Shown: one piece after another, positions 1-10,039 of the stretch
How the letters are laid out: each line of letters begins with the position of its first letter
Position numbering within the stretch: the first letter of the stretch is position 1
Assembly: GCA_963715995.1 (NCBI GenBank)
Contig: OY970283.1
Location: 2,866,411-2,930,410 of the forward strand
DNA: 64,000 nt
From: an uncultured Thermoleophilaceae bacterium
GTDB lineage: Bacteria > Actinomycetota > Thermoleophilia > Solirubrobacterales > Thermoleophilaceae
Direction of reading: 5' to 3'
Notes under the pieces: model-generated
Told to the model about the DNA's origin: nothing
What the model saw: the letters and a program-made list of their open reading frames with translations, nothing else
Databases searched by the model: none
Translations under genes and position numbers: made by a program

Positions 1-424
1 CGGGCTCGCCGGTGGGATTCGCACTCGATTGCAGGATCGGGATCGACACGTCGGCCAGCAGCGCGAGCTTCTCGTCCAGCTTCGGCACGCGCAGGCCCAG
101 GCGCCCAGGCTCGGCCCCGCACGCCAGCGGGAAGCGCGTCGAGGGGTTCGGAAGGAGGACGGTGACGGCACCTGGCAGCAGCCTGCTGAGCGCCGCGCGC
201 GTGTTGGGCCGGATCTCGGGCAGCGCCGCCATGGCGCGCTCGAGATCGAAGAAGAGGACGGCCGCCGGGCGGTCAGGCGAGCGGCCCTTGATCCAGTACA
301 GCCGGTGGGTGCCCTCAACCGAGTCGGGGTGCGTTCCCAGGCCGTAGACCGTGTCGGTCGGGAAGATGGCGAGCCCGCCGCCCGATGCGACCTGTTCGAA
401 TGCTGCGACCTCTTCCGGCGTCAC
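1..424 (-). CDS. tsaC: L-threonylcarbamoyladenylate synthase (TsaC/Sua5/YwlC family), 5' part; gene runs off the left edge
   Basis: Not in ORF track (open at window edge). My translation from GTG 424 reads [33 protein letters not shown]...ILQSSANPTGEP, carrying the family signatures. GTGA overlap with the prmC stop. Classic prfA-prmC-ywlC synteny. Confidence 0.8.
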   Translation of the reverse strand, partial: MTPEEVAAFEQVASGGGLAIFPTDTVYGLGTHPDSVEGTHRLYWIKGRSPDRPAAVLFFDLERAMAALPEIRPNTRAALSRLLPGAVTVLLPNPSTRFPLACGAEPGRLGLRVPKLDEKLALLADVSIPILQSSANPTGEP

Positions 425-1206
425 GGGATCGACCCTAACGTCACACGGTCCCTGCCTGTCAGATCCTTCAACGTCTCACCGCCCACGAGCAGCGCGCGCA
501 CCGCCTCGGCCTGAGCCGGGGCGTGCTCGAGCGCCAGCTGCGTGCCGGCCGGCGCCGTCGCGACCAGCAGCCTGATGGCGTCCAGCCCGTCTGCGCCCGC
601 CGTCAGCGCCGAGCGCGGCTCGTAGAGCCTGATCTCGGGCTGGAGTCGGGGCCACTCGTCGTCGCGCACGTATGGCAGGTTGGCCACCACCAGCTCGACG
701 TCGTAGCGCGGCTCGGCCCCGAGCTCCACGGTCAGCCCGAGCCGCCCCGCGTTCGCGCGGGCCACGTCGAGGGCCGCGGCGGATGTGTCGGAGGCGCTCA
801 GCTTCATGTCCGGGCGCTCCTGCTTGACCGCGAGCGCGATCGCGCCCGAGCCGGTGCCGAGGTCGTGAACGCGTGCCCCCTCGTCCATCGCGACCGCGCA
901 CTCCACGAGCAGCTCCGTCTCCGGGCGCGGGATCAGCACGCGGCTGTCCACCGCCAGCTCGATGTGGCGAAACGCCTGGCGCCCGAGGATGTAGGCGACC
1001 GGCTCGCGCATCGCGCGCCGCCGGATGCGCTCGCCGATCAGGCGCGCCGCCGAGCCCGGGATCGGCAGCGACGGGTCCGCGATCACCGCCGCACGCGGCA
1101 CGCCGAGCGCGTCGGCGATCAGCAGCTCGGCGTCGAGCTTCGGCGTTTCGCACCCGGCGGCGGTGAGCGCATCGACCGCCGCGCCGACCGCGTCGCGAAC
1201 GGTCAG
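421..1206 (-). CDS. prmC: release-factor glutamine N5-methyltransferase PrmC/HemK
   Basis: ORF 421..1101 has the GTGSG SAM motif and NLPY (VVANLPYV). The in-frame upstream sequence [35 protein letters not shown] is a typical PrmC N-domain with no ATG/GTG/TTG. The start is therefore probably CTG 1206 (CTGA overlap with prfA stop, GAGGG 6 nt upstream). Confidence 0.85.
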   Translation of the reverse strand: MTVRDAVGAAVDALTAAGCETPKLDAELLIADALGVPRAAVIADPSLPIPGSAARLIGERIRRRAMREPVAYILGRQAFRHIELAVDSRVLIPRPETELLVECAVAMDEGARVHDLGTGSGAIALAVKQERPDMKLSASDTSAAALDVARANAGRLGLTVELGAEPRYDVELVVANLPYVRDDEWPRLQPEIRLYEPRSALTAGADGLDAIRLLVATAPAGTQLALEHAPAQAEAVRALLVGGETLKDLTGRDRVTLGSIP

Positions 1207-2255
1207 CTTCCGCCCTCTGCCGCCTCGTCCATCCGCAGCCGGCGCTCCTCGTCGGAGAGCGCGGCCGTGAAGTCGTCGAGGCCGCCGGCGAGGATCGCCG
1301 GCAGATCGTTCTTCGTGACCTTCACGCGATGATCGGTCACTCGATCCTGGGGAAAGTTGTAGGTGCGGATCTTCTCGGCCCGCTCGCCGCTGCCCACCTG
1401 CGACAGCCGCGCCGCCGCCATCTCCGCGTCCTGCTCGGCGCGCGCGCGCTCCAGCAGGCGCGCGCGCAGCACGCGCATGGCCTTCTCACGGTTCTGGAGC
1501 TGTGACTTCTCGTCCTGCATCGACACCACGATCCCCGACGGCTTGTGCGTGATGCGCACCGCCGAGTCGGTCGTGTTCACCGACTGCCCGCCCGGGCCGG
1601 AGGAGCGGTAGACGTCTATCTGGAGGTCACCCTGGTCGACGTGGACGTCGACGTCCTCGGCCTCCGGCAGCACCGCGACCGTGGCCGTGGAGGTGTGGAT
1701 GCGGCCCTGCGACTCGGTCTCCGGCACGCGCTGCACGCGATGGGTCCCGCCCTCGTACTTGAAGACCGAGTACGCGCCGTTGCCCTTGATCGCGAACGTG
1801 AAGTCGCCGTCACCCACCGACAGCTCCTCGACCTTGAAGCCGCGGCGCTCGGCGTAGCGGATGAGCATCCGGTAGAGGTCGCCGGCGAACAGGCCCGCCT
1901 CGTCGCCGCCCGTGCCCGGGCGGATCTCGACGATCACGTCCTTCTCGTCGGCCGGGTCGGTCTCGACCATCGACAAGCGGATCTCCTCGGTCAGCTCGTC
2001 CAGGCGCTGCTCGGAGGTCTGGAGCAGCTGGCGCAGCTCAGGGTCGTCGCCGTCGGCCAGCAGCTCGCGCGCGCCCGCGGCGTCGTCGGCCGCGTGGAGG
2101 TACTCGTTTGCGAGCTCGTGCGCCTTCTCGAAGCGGCGGTACTCCCGGCCTGCCTCGGCGTAACGCTCGCGGTCGCCCATGACCTCGGGGTCGACCATCT
2201 GCTCCTGTAGCTCGGCGAAACGGCGTTCTATCTGCGCAACGAGGTCATCGATCAA
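1203..2255 (-). CDS. prfA: peptide chain release factor 1
   Basis: GGQ motif ([10 protein letters not shown]) and RF1-type P-x-T (RVPETESQ). Only the last 350 codons of ORF 1203..3035 are RF1-like. TTG 2255 is preceded by GGAGG, with a TTGA overlap onto the upstream stop. Confidence 0.9.
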   Translation of the reverse strand: MIDDLVAQIERRFAELQEQMVDPEVMGDRERYAEAGREYRRFEKAHELANEYLHAADDAAGARELLADGDDPELRQLLQTSEQRLDELTEEIRLSMVETDPADEKDVIVEIRPGTGGDEAGLFAGDLYRMLIRYAERRGFKVEELSVGDGDFTFAIKGNGAYSVFKYEGGTHRVQRVPETESQGRIHTSTATVAVLPEAEDVDVHVDQGDLQIDVYRSSGPGGQSVNTTDSAVRITHKPSGIVVSMQDEKSQLQNREKAMRVLRARLLERARAEQDAEMAAARLSQVGSGERAEKIRTYNFPQDRVTDHRVKVTKNDLPAILAGGLDDFTAALSDEERRLRMDEAAEGGS

Positions 2256-3232
2256 GCCACGACCTCCATGCCGATCCTGTCCTCGTCGGACGCGGCCTTG
2301 GGGTTCTCGACCGCGAGCACGGCCTCGAGCGCGGCGATGGCCACCGCGAGCTGGGTCAGGTCGGGCTCGCGCGTGGTCAGCTTCTGAAGCTGCATTCCCG
2401 GCCACATCAGGATGCGCGCCCAGCGCTTCGCGCGGTTCTTGCCGAACAACTTGATCAGCTCGAATGCCAGGCCGGCGACGATCGGGATACCGACCACGCG
2501 CGAGATCAACAGGACCTCCCAGCTCGGGCGGCCGAGCGGGGCGAACACCACGATCGCGACGATCATGACGATGAGCAGGAAGCTCGTGCCGCAGCGCGGA
2601 TGAAGGCGCGAGAACTGCTGCGCGTTCTCGGGCTGGAGCTCCAGCCCGGCCTCGTAGCACGAGATGGTCTTGTGCTCGGCCCCGTGGTACTGGAACACGC
2701 GCTGGAGATCCTTCATCCGTGCGATCAGCCACAGGTAGCCGAGGAAGATCGAGATGCGCACGAGCTTCTCGATGACCACGAAGGCCAGGCCGCTCTCGTG
2801 ACCGCCGACCGCCTTCACGAGCAGGCCCGGCAGCACGAAGAAGAGGCCGACCGCGAACAGCACGGCGAAGATGACGGTGCCGGTCCAGGTGCCCTTCCCG
2901 ATCTCCTGCTCCTCCTCGGGCATCTGCGCGTTCGCGGAGATCTCGAGTGCCTTGAAGCCGATCGTGAGCGACTCCGCCAGAGCGACCACGCCGCGCACGA
3001 TCGGCAGGCGGTAGACGCGGTGCTTCTTCACCCACGAGACGAGCGGCTCGGATGTGACGGCGATCTCGCCCGTCGGGACGTCGCCGGGCTCCTGCTCCGG
3101 GGCGGGCTTGCGCACGGCGACGGCCCAGGTGGAGACGCCGCGCATCATCACGCCCTCGAGCACGGCCTGACCGCCCACGGGGGCGTCCTTCACAGCCTCC
3201 AGCTTCGGCCGCGGGGCCGCTTCGGTGCTCAC
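2252..3232 (-). CDS. DUF1385 (YqhQ-like) membrane protein
   Basis: VLEGVMMRG...[13 protein letters not shown] motif plus several hydrophobic helices. Conserved neighbour of prfA/prmC. Start placed at GTG 3232 (VSTEAAP...), uncertain. Confidence 0.75.
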   Translation of the reverse strand: MSTEAAPRPKLEAVKDAPVGGQAVLEGVMMRGVSTWAVAVRKPAPEQEPGDVPTGEIAVTSEPLVSWVKKHRVYRLPIVRGVVALAESLTIGFKALEISANAQMPEEEQEIGKGTWTGTVIFAVLFAVGLFFVLPGLLVKAVGGHESGLAFVVIEKLVRISIFLGYLWLIARMKDLQRVFQYHGAEHKTISCYEAGLELQPENAQQFSRLHPRCGTSFLLIVMIVAIVVFAPLGRPSWEVLLISRVVGIPIVAGLAFELIKLFGKNRAKRWARILMWPGMQLQKLTTREPDLTQLAVAIAALEAVLAVENPKAASDEDRIGMEVVA

Positions 3233-3261
3233 GGGCTCAAGGCTAGCTTGACGGAGGCTCG

Positions 3262-3996
3262 CTACGGGCAGGCGAAACGCTGCGCGTTGTCGTTCTCGAA
3301 CGACTCGCCGATCGAGTTGTCCGGGTCCGCGGTCACGCGTACGCCGTGGCTGCACGGGGGCCCGGTGAACGAGACGGAACGGGTCTCCCCCGCTGCGAGT
3401 TCGTTGAGCGTGACGGTGTCGAGCACCGCCTTGTCGACGGCCAGCTGGACGTCCACCTGATCAGCCGCCACCTTGCCCTGGTTCGAGACATCCACGCGGT
3501 ACGTGCGCGTGTCGGCGGTCGGGCCGGGCTTCTGGCTCAGGTCGCCGACCACGATGTTCGGAAGCGGCCCGTGGCAGGCCGAGCTGTCGCGCGTGTCGGT
3601 GTCGAGCACCGCCCCCGACGCCGAGAGCCAGCGATAGGTCACGTGCGCGCGATAGGCGCCGCCGACGTGCAGGCCGTCGACGGTCTGGCGCCATGCGTAG
3701 CGGTTGACTCCCGCCGCCGAGGTGTGCCACTGACGCAACGAAGGCAGGTCGAGCTTGGTCCACGACGAGGTGCGGCCGAGGCGCTCGAGCACCTGGAAGC
3801 GGATCTGCATCTTCGATGCGCCGGCGATCGTGTCCATCCGCGCGAAGAAGGTCGCGGTACGGGCGCTGCCCGTGACGTCGCAGGCCACGACCTTGGTCAC
3901 AGGCCCAGGCGCCGCGGGCGCGTCGGCCCGGCGCGCGGCAAGGCCGGCGGCCGGGAAGGCGCCCAGGGCAGCGAGGATCAAGGCGATGCGCAGCAT
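3262..3996 (-). CDS. secreted protein with C-terminal CARDB-like domain
   Basis: Signal peptide MLRIALILAALGAFPAAGLAA. The C-terminal pattern VDVSNQGKVAA...VQLAVD...LAAGETRSVSF...VTADPDNSIGESFENDN is typical of CARDB folds. Confidence 0.6.
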   Translation of the reverse strand: MLRIALILAALGAFPAAGLAARRADAPAAPGPVTKVVACDVTGSARTATFFARMDTIAGASKMQIRFQVLERLGRTSSWTKLDLPSLRQWHTSAAGVNRYAWRQTVDGLHVGGAYRAHVTYRWLSASGAVLDTDTRDSSACHGPLPNIVVGDLSQKPGPTADTRTYRVDVSNQGKVAADQVDVQLAVDKAVLDTVTLNELAAGETRSVSFTGPPCSHGVRVTADPDNSIGESFENDNAQRFACP

Positions 3997-4043
3997 CAGT
4001 GCTCAAACAATCGGCACGAACGCGAGTTGCGTTGGAAAGCTGC

Positions 4044-4259
4044 TCAGCGCGCAGCGGCGCCGCGGCGCGCCTGGCGGCGGCGGAAACGCTCCACCCGGCC
4101 ACCGGTGTCCACGAGCTTCTGCTTGCCCGTGTAGAACGGGTGGCAGTTCGAGCAGATCTCGACGTGGATCTCCGCCTGCGTGGAGCGAGTCGTGAACTCG
4201 TTCCCGCACGTGCAGCGCACGTGAGCCTCTACGTAATCGGGGTGAATCTCAGCCTTCAT
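4044..4259 (-). CDS. rpmE: 50S ribosomal protein L31 (Zn-ribbon type)
   Basis: [22 protein letters not shown]...[13 protein letters not shown], 71 aa, at the 3' end of track ORF 4044..5027. The rest of that ORF is antisense to gpsA. Confidence 0.9.
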   Translation of the reverse strand: MKAEIHPDYVEAHVRCTCGNEFTTRSTQAEIHVEICSNCHPFYTGKQKLVDTGGRVERFRRRQARRGAAAR

Positions 4260-4267
4260 CGCACTAT

Positions 4268-5356
4268 TCAGGATAGCGAGGGGCGTCTCGTGCGCCTGCG
4301 CGCGCGCAGGCGTCTGAACCAGCCCGCCACGCGGCGCCAGAAGCCGCCGTTGAAGCGCGCGGGCTCGGGCTGCTTGGTGCGCACGAGCGCCACCCAGTCG
4401 TCCAGCGGGAGCGTGCCGTCGATCAGCTTCGCAAGCGCCGAGATGACGGGTGCGTCGACGTCTGCCGCCTCGCACGCGCGCGCCAGCAGCGACACGGTCT
4501 CGAGCGCCTCCGAGACCTGGCCCAGGCGCACCGGCACCTCGCTCGCAGGCACGCCCTGGGCCAGCAGCTCGCCGGCCGCCCGGTTGCGGCTGGACGGCGC
4601 AAGCGCGGTTGCCATCAGGTCGCCGATCCCGGCGCGGCCGACGAACGTCGCCGCGAGCGCGCCCTGCACCTCGGCCAGCGCGAGCACCTCGGCGAAGACG
4701 TCGCCCGCGGCCATGCCAGCCGCGTTGAAGCCCTGCTCGATCGTGGCGCCGGCCGCCAGCGCGGCGGCGTTCTTGGCCGCGCCGGCCAGCTCCACGCCAA
4801 CGGGATCGTTCGACACCTCGCACACCGTCCCCGCCTGCTGGAAGGCGTCGGCGATCCGGTGCGCGAGCCCCTCGGAGTGCGATGCGGCGACCAGGCCGGC
4901 GCCGGACTCGACCATCTCGCGCGCGTGCGCGGGGCCTCCCAGACACGCGACGCGCCCGGGCGAGAAGAGGCGCTCGAGATAGATGGTCGGCGGCAGGCCG
5001 TCGGGCGGCACGAGGCCCTTGGAGCACGACACGATCCCGGCGTGACCCGGCAGGTCCTGCGCCGCCAGCGCATCACCCGCCGAGCCGAGTGCGGCCGAGG
5101 GCACGGCCAGGAAGACGGCGTCGACGCGGCGAAACTGCCCTGCGTCCGGATCGAGCGCGCGCACGCGCAGGCCGCCGGGCAGCTCGACGCCCTCGAGGTA
5201 GTGGCTGTTGACCCGCTCCGACTCGAGCGTGGCCGCCTGCTCGCCGGTCCGCGTGTAGAGGGTCGTGCGCACGCCCGAGCGTTCGAGCAGCACCGCGATC
5301 GCCGTGCCGAAGGAGCCGGCGCCGATCACGGCCGCGCGTCGGATCGGGTGACGCAT
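4268..5356 (-). CDS. gpsA: NAD(P)H-dependent glycerol-3-phosphate dehydrogenase
   Basis: N-terminal Rossmann motif [24 protein letters not shown], and the C-terminal GpsA-like NRxxG region ([11 protein letters not shown]). Confidence 0.88.
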   Translation of the reverse strand: MRHPIRRAAVIGAGSFGTAIAVLLERSGVRTTLYTRTGEQAATLESERVNSHYLEGVELPGGLRVRALDPDAGQFRRVDAVFLAVPSAALGSAGDALAAQDLPGHAGIVSCSKGLVPPDGLPPTIYLERLFSPGRVACLGGPAHAREMVESGAGLVAASHSEGLAHRIADAFQQAGTVCEVSNDPVGVELAGAAKNAAALAAGATIEQGFNAAGMAAGDVFAEVLALAEVQGALAATFVGRAGIGDLMATALAPSSRNRAAGELLAQGVPASEVPVRLGQVSEALETVSLLARACEAADVDAPVISALAKLIDGTLPLDDWVALVRTKQPEPARFNGGFWRRVAGWFRRLRARRRTRRPSLS

Positions 5357-5384
5357 CGGTGCTGTTTCTACACGCCCGCGGCAG

Positions 5385-5750
5385 CTATGAGCGCTTCATC
5401 AGGAACGTGCCCACGGCTGCGGCCAGGCTCGCTATCACCGACACGGCCCAGATCTCCATGAACACGTCGAGCACACGCGCCGGCGTGGAGATCGGGTTGA
5501 CGATCTGCGACGACACCGTCAGGAGCTGCGTGGTGGTCCAGAAGATCGCGGAGCCGAAGGTCTTGATCTGCGTGCCCTTCTGGTCGTGCTCGAACATCAG
5601 CGCGAGCGCCGCGCAGACCAGGTCGATGCCGACCGTGTAGAGGACGATCGCCACGACGTGATCGCGCAGGCGGCCGTGCGGGCGGGTCTCGGCGCTGGCG
5701 ACCCGCCTGAGCTCAGCCCCGGTTTCGCGGAGCACGCGTGTGACGTACAT
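5385..5750 (-). CDS. small ion-channel-like membrane protein (Ion_trans_2-like pore, no canonical TVGYG)
   Basis: Two TM helices flank a pore-loop-like FGSAIFWTTTQLLTVSSQ segment. Function not established. Confidence 0.45.
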   Translation of the reverse strand: MYVTRVLRETGAELRRVASAETRPHGRLRDHVVAIVLYTVGIDLVCAALALMFEHDQKGTQIKTFGSAIFWTTTQLLTVSSQIVNPISTPARVLDVFMEIWAVSVIASLAAAVGTFLMKRS

Positions 5751-5788
5751 CGACCGGATTTGACCGGGCGCGCCCGACGGAACAGTGG

Positions 5789-7315
5789 TCAGCCGGCCTT
5801 GGCCAGGTACTGATGGCCGGCCTTCACCACGACGTTGCGCTTCTTGACCAGGTCGCGCACCGTCACCGCGCCCTTCGTCACGCGCACGAGCGTGCCGTCG
5901 CAGCGGTCGTCTGTCAGCCAGGTGGTGCCTCTGATGGTCGCGCTTGCGAAGCGGCCCTTCGTGCGGAACGGGCCGCTACCCGAGCCCCACAGGTGGCGGA
6001 TCGACTTCTTGCTGAGCTTCCTGCTCCTGGCAGCGGTCGCGACCGAGCCAGATGCGGCACAGCGCTTGAAGCTCCCACCGACCAGGGCGAGCTCAGCCAC
6101 GCCGCCGCCGTTCGCCAGCTGCGTGATCTTGAAGACGCCTTCGTAGAAATCGGAGCTGAACACCTTGCCGGTCTGGTCGGCGATCGAGATCCGCACACGC
6201 CCCGCGCGCGCATCCACCACCGCGCCCGGCTGGATCTGCGCCGGGCTCGTGAGCGGCGCCGATTTGCTCGACCCCGGTTGCTGCACGGTCACCGACCCGC
6301 CGGTCGGGCGCATGTCGATCTGCTGCGCGAACACGGGCGCAGGTGGCGGCGGAGGCGCAAGCTCGACCCGGCCGACCTTGTTGCCCGCCGCTTCGGTGAA
6401 CCAGATGTTCCCATCGGATCCGGCGCGGATTCCCTCGGGCCGGCTGGCGGCGGTCGGCACGTTGAACTCGCTGATCGCGCCACCGGGGCTGATGCGCCCG
6501 ATGCGGTTGCCCTGGAACTCCGTGAACCAGATCGCGCCGTCGGGGCCCGTGACCAGCTCGTGCGGAACCGAGCCGGCATTCGGCAGGACGAACTCGGTGA
6601 TCTGACCGGACGGCGTGATCCGCCCGACGCGGTTGCCGCTGTACTCGCTGAACCACACGTTCCCGTCTGGTCCCGGCGCGGTGATTCCCGGCTGGCTGGC
6701 GGCGGTCGGCACGGTGAACTGGGTGATCCGCCCGCTCGGCGTGACACGGCCGATGCGATTCGAGCCGGCCATTGCGACCCAGAGATTGCCGTCAGGACCC
6801 AGCGAGATCCCGTTCGGGACCGAATTCGCAGGCGACACAGGGAACTCCGTGATCCTCCCCGAGGTGGTGATCCGGCCGATCTTGTTGCCGCGGCTCTCGG
6901 TGAACCAGACGTTGCCATCAGGTCCCGCCGTGATGCCCTCCGGGCCGGCGCCGCCCGTGGGGATCGGGTACTCCGCAAGGAGCTTCCCGGCAGTGCTCAT
7001 CTTGGCGATGCCGTTGGCGCTGAACTCGGTGAACCAGATGTTCCCGTCCGGGCCCGGCGCGATCTCGTCCGGGCCGCGCCCGGCGGCGAGCCGGAACTCG
7101 CGGATCGAACCCGCGGGCGTGACGCGCGCGATCTTGTGCGCGCTGAACTCCGTGAACCAGTAGTTGCCGTCTGGCCCGAGCGCCGAGCTGTTCAGGTTCG
7201 CGGCGGACGTCGGGACCCGGAACTCGGTGATGTCGCCCACCGCCGCGCGCGCTGCGAGCGGCCCCAGAACGAGCCCGCAGCACAGCACCAGGGCGACGGC
7301 GATTCGGGCGCGCAC
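5789..7315 (-). CDS. secreted 7-bladed beta-propeller protein, virginiamycin B lyase (Vgb)-like repeats, with extra C-terminal domain
   Basis: Signal peptide, then seven ~42-aa repeats with GPDGN(I/V/L/Y)WFTE(F/S) and ITEF motifs. About 170 further residues follow a PPPPPAP linker. Confidence 0.7.
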   Translation of the reverse strand: MRARIAVALVLCCGLVLGPLAARAAVGDITEFRVPTSAANLNSSALGPDGNYWFTEFSAHKIARVTPAGSIREFRLAAGRGPDEIAPGPDGNIWFTEFSANGIAKMSTAGKLLAEYPIPTGGAGPEGITAGPDGNVWFTESRGNKIGRITTSGRITEFPVSPANSVPNGISLGPDGNLWVAMAGSNRIGRVTPSGRITQFTVPTAASQPGITAPGPDGNVWFSEYSGNRVGRITPSGQITEFVLPNAGSVPHELVTGPDGAIWFTEFQGNRIGRISPGGAISEFNVPTAASRPEGIRAGSDGNIWFTEAAGNKVGRVELAPPPPPAPVFAQQIDMRPTGGSVTVQQPGSSKSAPLTSPAQIQPGAVVDARAGRVRISIADQTGKVFSSDFYEGVFKITQLANGGGVAELALVGGSFKRCAASGSVATAARSRKLSKKSIRHLWGSGSGPFRTKGRFASATIRGTTWLTDDRCDGTLVRVTKGAVTVRDLVKKRNVVVKAGHQYLAKAG

Positions 7316-7336
7316 CCCTCGAAGGTAACCCTCGCG

Positions 7337-9058
7337 CTAGGTGATTTGGTAATTCGGCCCTTCGCCGCCCTCGGGCGGTGTCAGCCTGCCGCCCTTGGCG
7401 GTGATCGCGCCGCACTGCACGCAGTTCGACGCGTTCACGTGCACCTCGACCGGCGTGTCGTCGGCCAGGCCGCCGTTCTCCATCTGCTCGCGCACATCGT
7501 CCGAGAGCTCGTAGACCTGGGCGGGGCACATGTTCTCCCACATGTACGCCACGGCCAGCGGCACGTTCTTCTGGACCCGGATGTGCGAGGGAGCGTCGTC
7601 GCGCGAGGCGTTGCCCGTGGCGAAGACCGACGAGAGCTTGTCGAAGTACATCTTCCCGTCCGGCTTCGGATAGCGCTTGTTGCGATTGCCGATGAAGACG
7701 TCGACCGACGCGTCGTCGTGCGTGTGGAGCTTGCCGGGCGGCAGCTTGCCGCCGGAGAGCTCGGCCGCGTTGGCCAGCGCCCCGCCCATGAAGAAGCCGC
7801 GGGCGAAGACCTGACGCATGTTGCGCGAGCGGTAGATGTCCGACTCGATCTCCGAGTCCGCCACCGCGCGGTCGTACGCCGACAGGTCGTCGGTCGAGCC
7901 TTCCTTCAGCGCCTTGACGATCGCCTCGGCGGCGTGCATCCCGGCATGCATCGCCAGGTGGACGCCCTTCAGCTTCGGCACGTTGACCATGCCTGCGGAG
8001 TCGCCCGCCATGACCATGCCGGGCACCGACAGCGCCGTTGGCATCGCCCAGTAGCCGCCCGACGGCAGCGTCTTCGCGCCCCACGCGATCCGCTTCCCGC
8101 CCTCGAGGATGTCCTTGATCATCGGGTGGGTCTTGTACTCCTGGAGCACGTCGTGCACCGAGAAGGTCGCGTCGCGGTAGTCCAGGCCGGCCACGAACCC
8201 GATCAAGACCTTGTCCTCGCCCATCGGGTAGACGAACGAGCCGCCGAACTCGCGGTACTTCGCGCGCAGGCGCAGCGGCCAGCCCATCGAGTGGATCACG
8301 CGGTCGAGCGGCTTCTTGACCTCCCAGACCTCCTTGACCCCGAGCTCCCACTGCTGCGGCTCGCCCGAGCCGAGGTCGAAGTGCCGGATCGCGGCACCGG
8401 CCAGGTGCCCCTGAGTGCCCTCGGCCAGCACCGTCACGCGCGCCTGCACGTCGGAGCCCGGCTCGTAGTTGCCAAGCGGCTTGCCATCCGGGCCAAGGCC
8501 CTTGTCGCCGGTGCGCACGCCGCGCACGCGCCCGTCCTCGACCACCAGCTTGTAGGCCGCAGTCTCGGGGAGGATGTAGACGCCGGCGTCCTCGGCGTGC
8601 TGTGCGAGGAAGCGGCCCAGCTGGGCCACCGACGTGACGTGGTTGCCGTGGTTGCGGAACGGCGGCGGCGTCGGCACCAGGGGTATCGCCCGCTTCCGCG
8701 TCATGAAGTAGACGCGGTCCTTCGCCACCGGGCCGAACGTGGGCCAGTCCTTCTCGTCCATGTCCGGGAACAGCCGCTGCATCGCGGAGGGGTGCATCAT
8801 CGCCCCGCTCATCAGATGCGAGCCGGGCGTGCGCCCCTTCTCGATCAGCGCCACCGGCACCTCGCCGAGCGACTCGAGCAGGTGCTCGTCCTCGGCCAGC
8901 AGCTGCATCAGCCGGTTCGCGCACGCAAGCCCGGCAGGGCCGCCACCGACGATGGCGACCCCGACCTCGATGCGCTCGTCCTCGGCGTCCTCGAAGCCGC
9001 CGATGAACTCCTTCTCGGACTGGACCGGCGGCGGGAACTCGATCGGAGCGATACCCAT
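7337..9058 (-). CDS. electron-transfer flavoprotein:quinone oxidoreductase (ETF-QO/FixCX-like)
   Basis: FAD motif VAIVGGGPAGLACA and a C-terminal ferredoxin-like Cys cluster (CPAQVYE...ASNCVQCGAITAKG). Directly downstream of etfBA. Confidence 0.85.
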   Translation of the reverse strand: MGIAPIEFPPPVQSEKEFIGGFEDAEDERIEVGVAIVGGGPAGLACANRLMQLLAEDEHLLESLGEVPVALIEKGRTPGSHLMSGAMMHPSAMQRLFPDMDEKDWPTFGPVAKDRVYFMTRKRAIPLVPTPPPFRNHGNHVTSVAQLGRFLAQHAEDAGVYILPETAAYKLVVEDGRVRGVRTGDKGLGPDGKPLGNYEPGSDVQARVTVLAEGTQGHLAGAAIRHFDLGSGEPQQWELGVKEVWEVKKPLDRVIHSMGWPLRLRAKYREFGGSFVYPMGEDKVLIGFVAGLDYRDATFSVHDVLQEYKTHPMIKDILEGGKRIAWGAKTLPSGGYWAMPTALSVPGMVMAGDSAGMVNVPKLKGVHLAMHAGMHAAEAIVKALKEGSTDDLSAYDRAVADSEIESDIYRSRNMRQVFARGFFMGGALANAAELSGGKLPPGKLHTHDDASVDVFIGNRNKRYPKPDGKMYFDKLSSVFATGNASRDDAPSHIRVQKNVPLAVAYMWENMCPAQVYELSDDVREQMENGGLADDTPVEVHVNASNCVQCGAITAKGGRLTPPEGGEGPNYQIT

Positions 9059-10039
9059 CTACGAGCCCTTCTTGTCCTTGATCGCGGCCGTGAGCTTGGG
9101 GACGATCTTGTGCAGGTCGCCCACCACGCCGAGGTCCGCGAACTCGAAGATCGGCGCGTTCTGATCCTTGTTGATCGCGACGATGTTCTCGGAGCCCTGC
9201 ATGCCCACCTTGTGCTGGATCGCGCCCGAGATGCCCAGCGCGAGATAGAGCTTCGGCGCGACCGTCTTGCCGGTCTGGCCGATCTGCGCCGCGTACGGGT
9301 ACCAGCCGGCGTCGACCACCGCGCGGGTGGCTGCCACCGCGCCGCCAAGCGCATCGGCGAGCGGCTCGGCCAGCTCCTGGAAGCCCTCGGCCTTGCCCAG
9401 GCCGCGGCCACCGCCCACCAGCAGGTCGGCGTCCTCGATGTTCACGTCGGCGCCGCGCTGCTCGCCGCGAGTGCGCATCTTGGCCTTGGTCGACCAGGGC
9501 GAGAGCTCCACGTCGACGTCGGCGACCTCTGCATCGCCGGAGCCCGATTCGGTGAGCTCGAACGCGTTCAGCCGGCCGATGATCACGGCGGGGCCGCCCT
9601 CGCGGTAGGCCACGTCGACGATCGCCGAGTCCTGAAGGATCGGGCGCTCGGCAACGAGCTTGCCGTCCTGGGCCTTGACGCTCGTGACCTCCATCGTCAC
9701 GCCGCCGCCCAGCCGGGCGGCCAGGCCGGCACCGATCTCGAAGCCCAGCAGGCCGCCGCCGAACAGCGCGTAGTCGTAGCCGTTGTCCTCGACCAGCTTG
9801 GCCATGACGTCCACGACCGGAGCGCCGAGGCCTTCGGGCGCCTTCGCGCGCCAGACCTTCGTCGCCCCATACTTGCCGAGCGACTTCGCCAGGTCGTCGG
9901 AGACGTCCTCGCCGACGACGACGGCGTGTGCCTCCGCGCCGATCTCGCCCGCGAGCTTGGCCGCCTCGGAGACGGCGCCGAGCGAGTTCTTGTTGAACTC
10001 GCCCTCGTAGTGCAGTACGTACGTGAGGATCCCGCTCAT
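9059..10039 (-). CDS. etfA: electron transfer flavoprotein subunit alpha
   Basis: C-terminal FAD-binding signature PKLYLALGISGAIQHKVGMQGSENIVAINKDQNAPIF. Overlaps the etfB stop. Confidence 0.9.
   Translation of the reverse strand: MSGILTYVLHYEGEFNKNSLGAVSEAAKLAGEIGAEAHAVVVGEDVSDDLAKSLGKYGATKVWRAKAPEGLGAPVVDVMAKLVEDNGYDYALFGGGLLGFEIGAGLAARLGGGVTMEVTSVKAQDGKLVAERPILQDSAIVDVAYREGGPAVIIGRLNAFELTESGSGDAEVADVDVELSPWSTKAKMRTRGEQRGADVNIEDADLLVGGGRGLGKAEGFQELAEPLADALGGAVAATRAVVDAGWYPYAAQIGQTGKTVAPKLYLALGISGAIQHKVGMQGSENIVAINKDQNAPIFEFADLGVVGDLHKIVPKLTAAIKDKKGS

Noticed and set aside
1203-3035. 610-aa form of RF1 and similar long N-terminal extensions in the track (13591..15429, 17500..18423, 21607..22923, 31784..32932, 37431..39134, 58302..59585, 59225..60997, 59312..61078, 36193..37365)
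   Set aside because: In each case only the C-terminal part matches the protein family. The extension overlaps the neighbouring real gene in another frame and has Arg/Gly/Pro-rich junk composition. A start codon with an RBS or a 4-nt overlap sits at the homology boundary.
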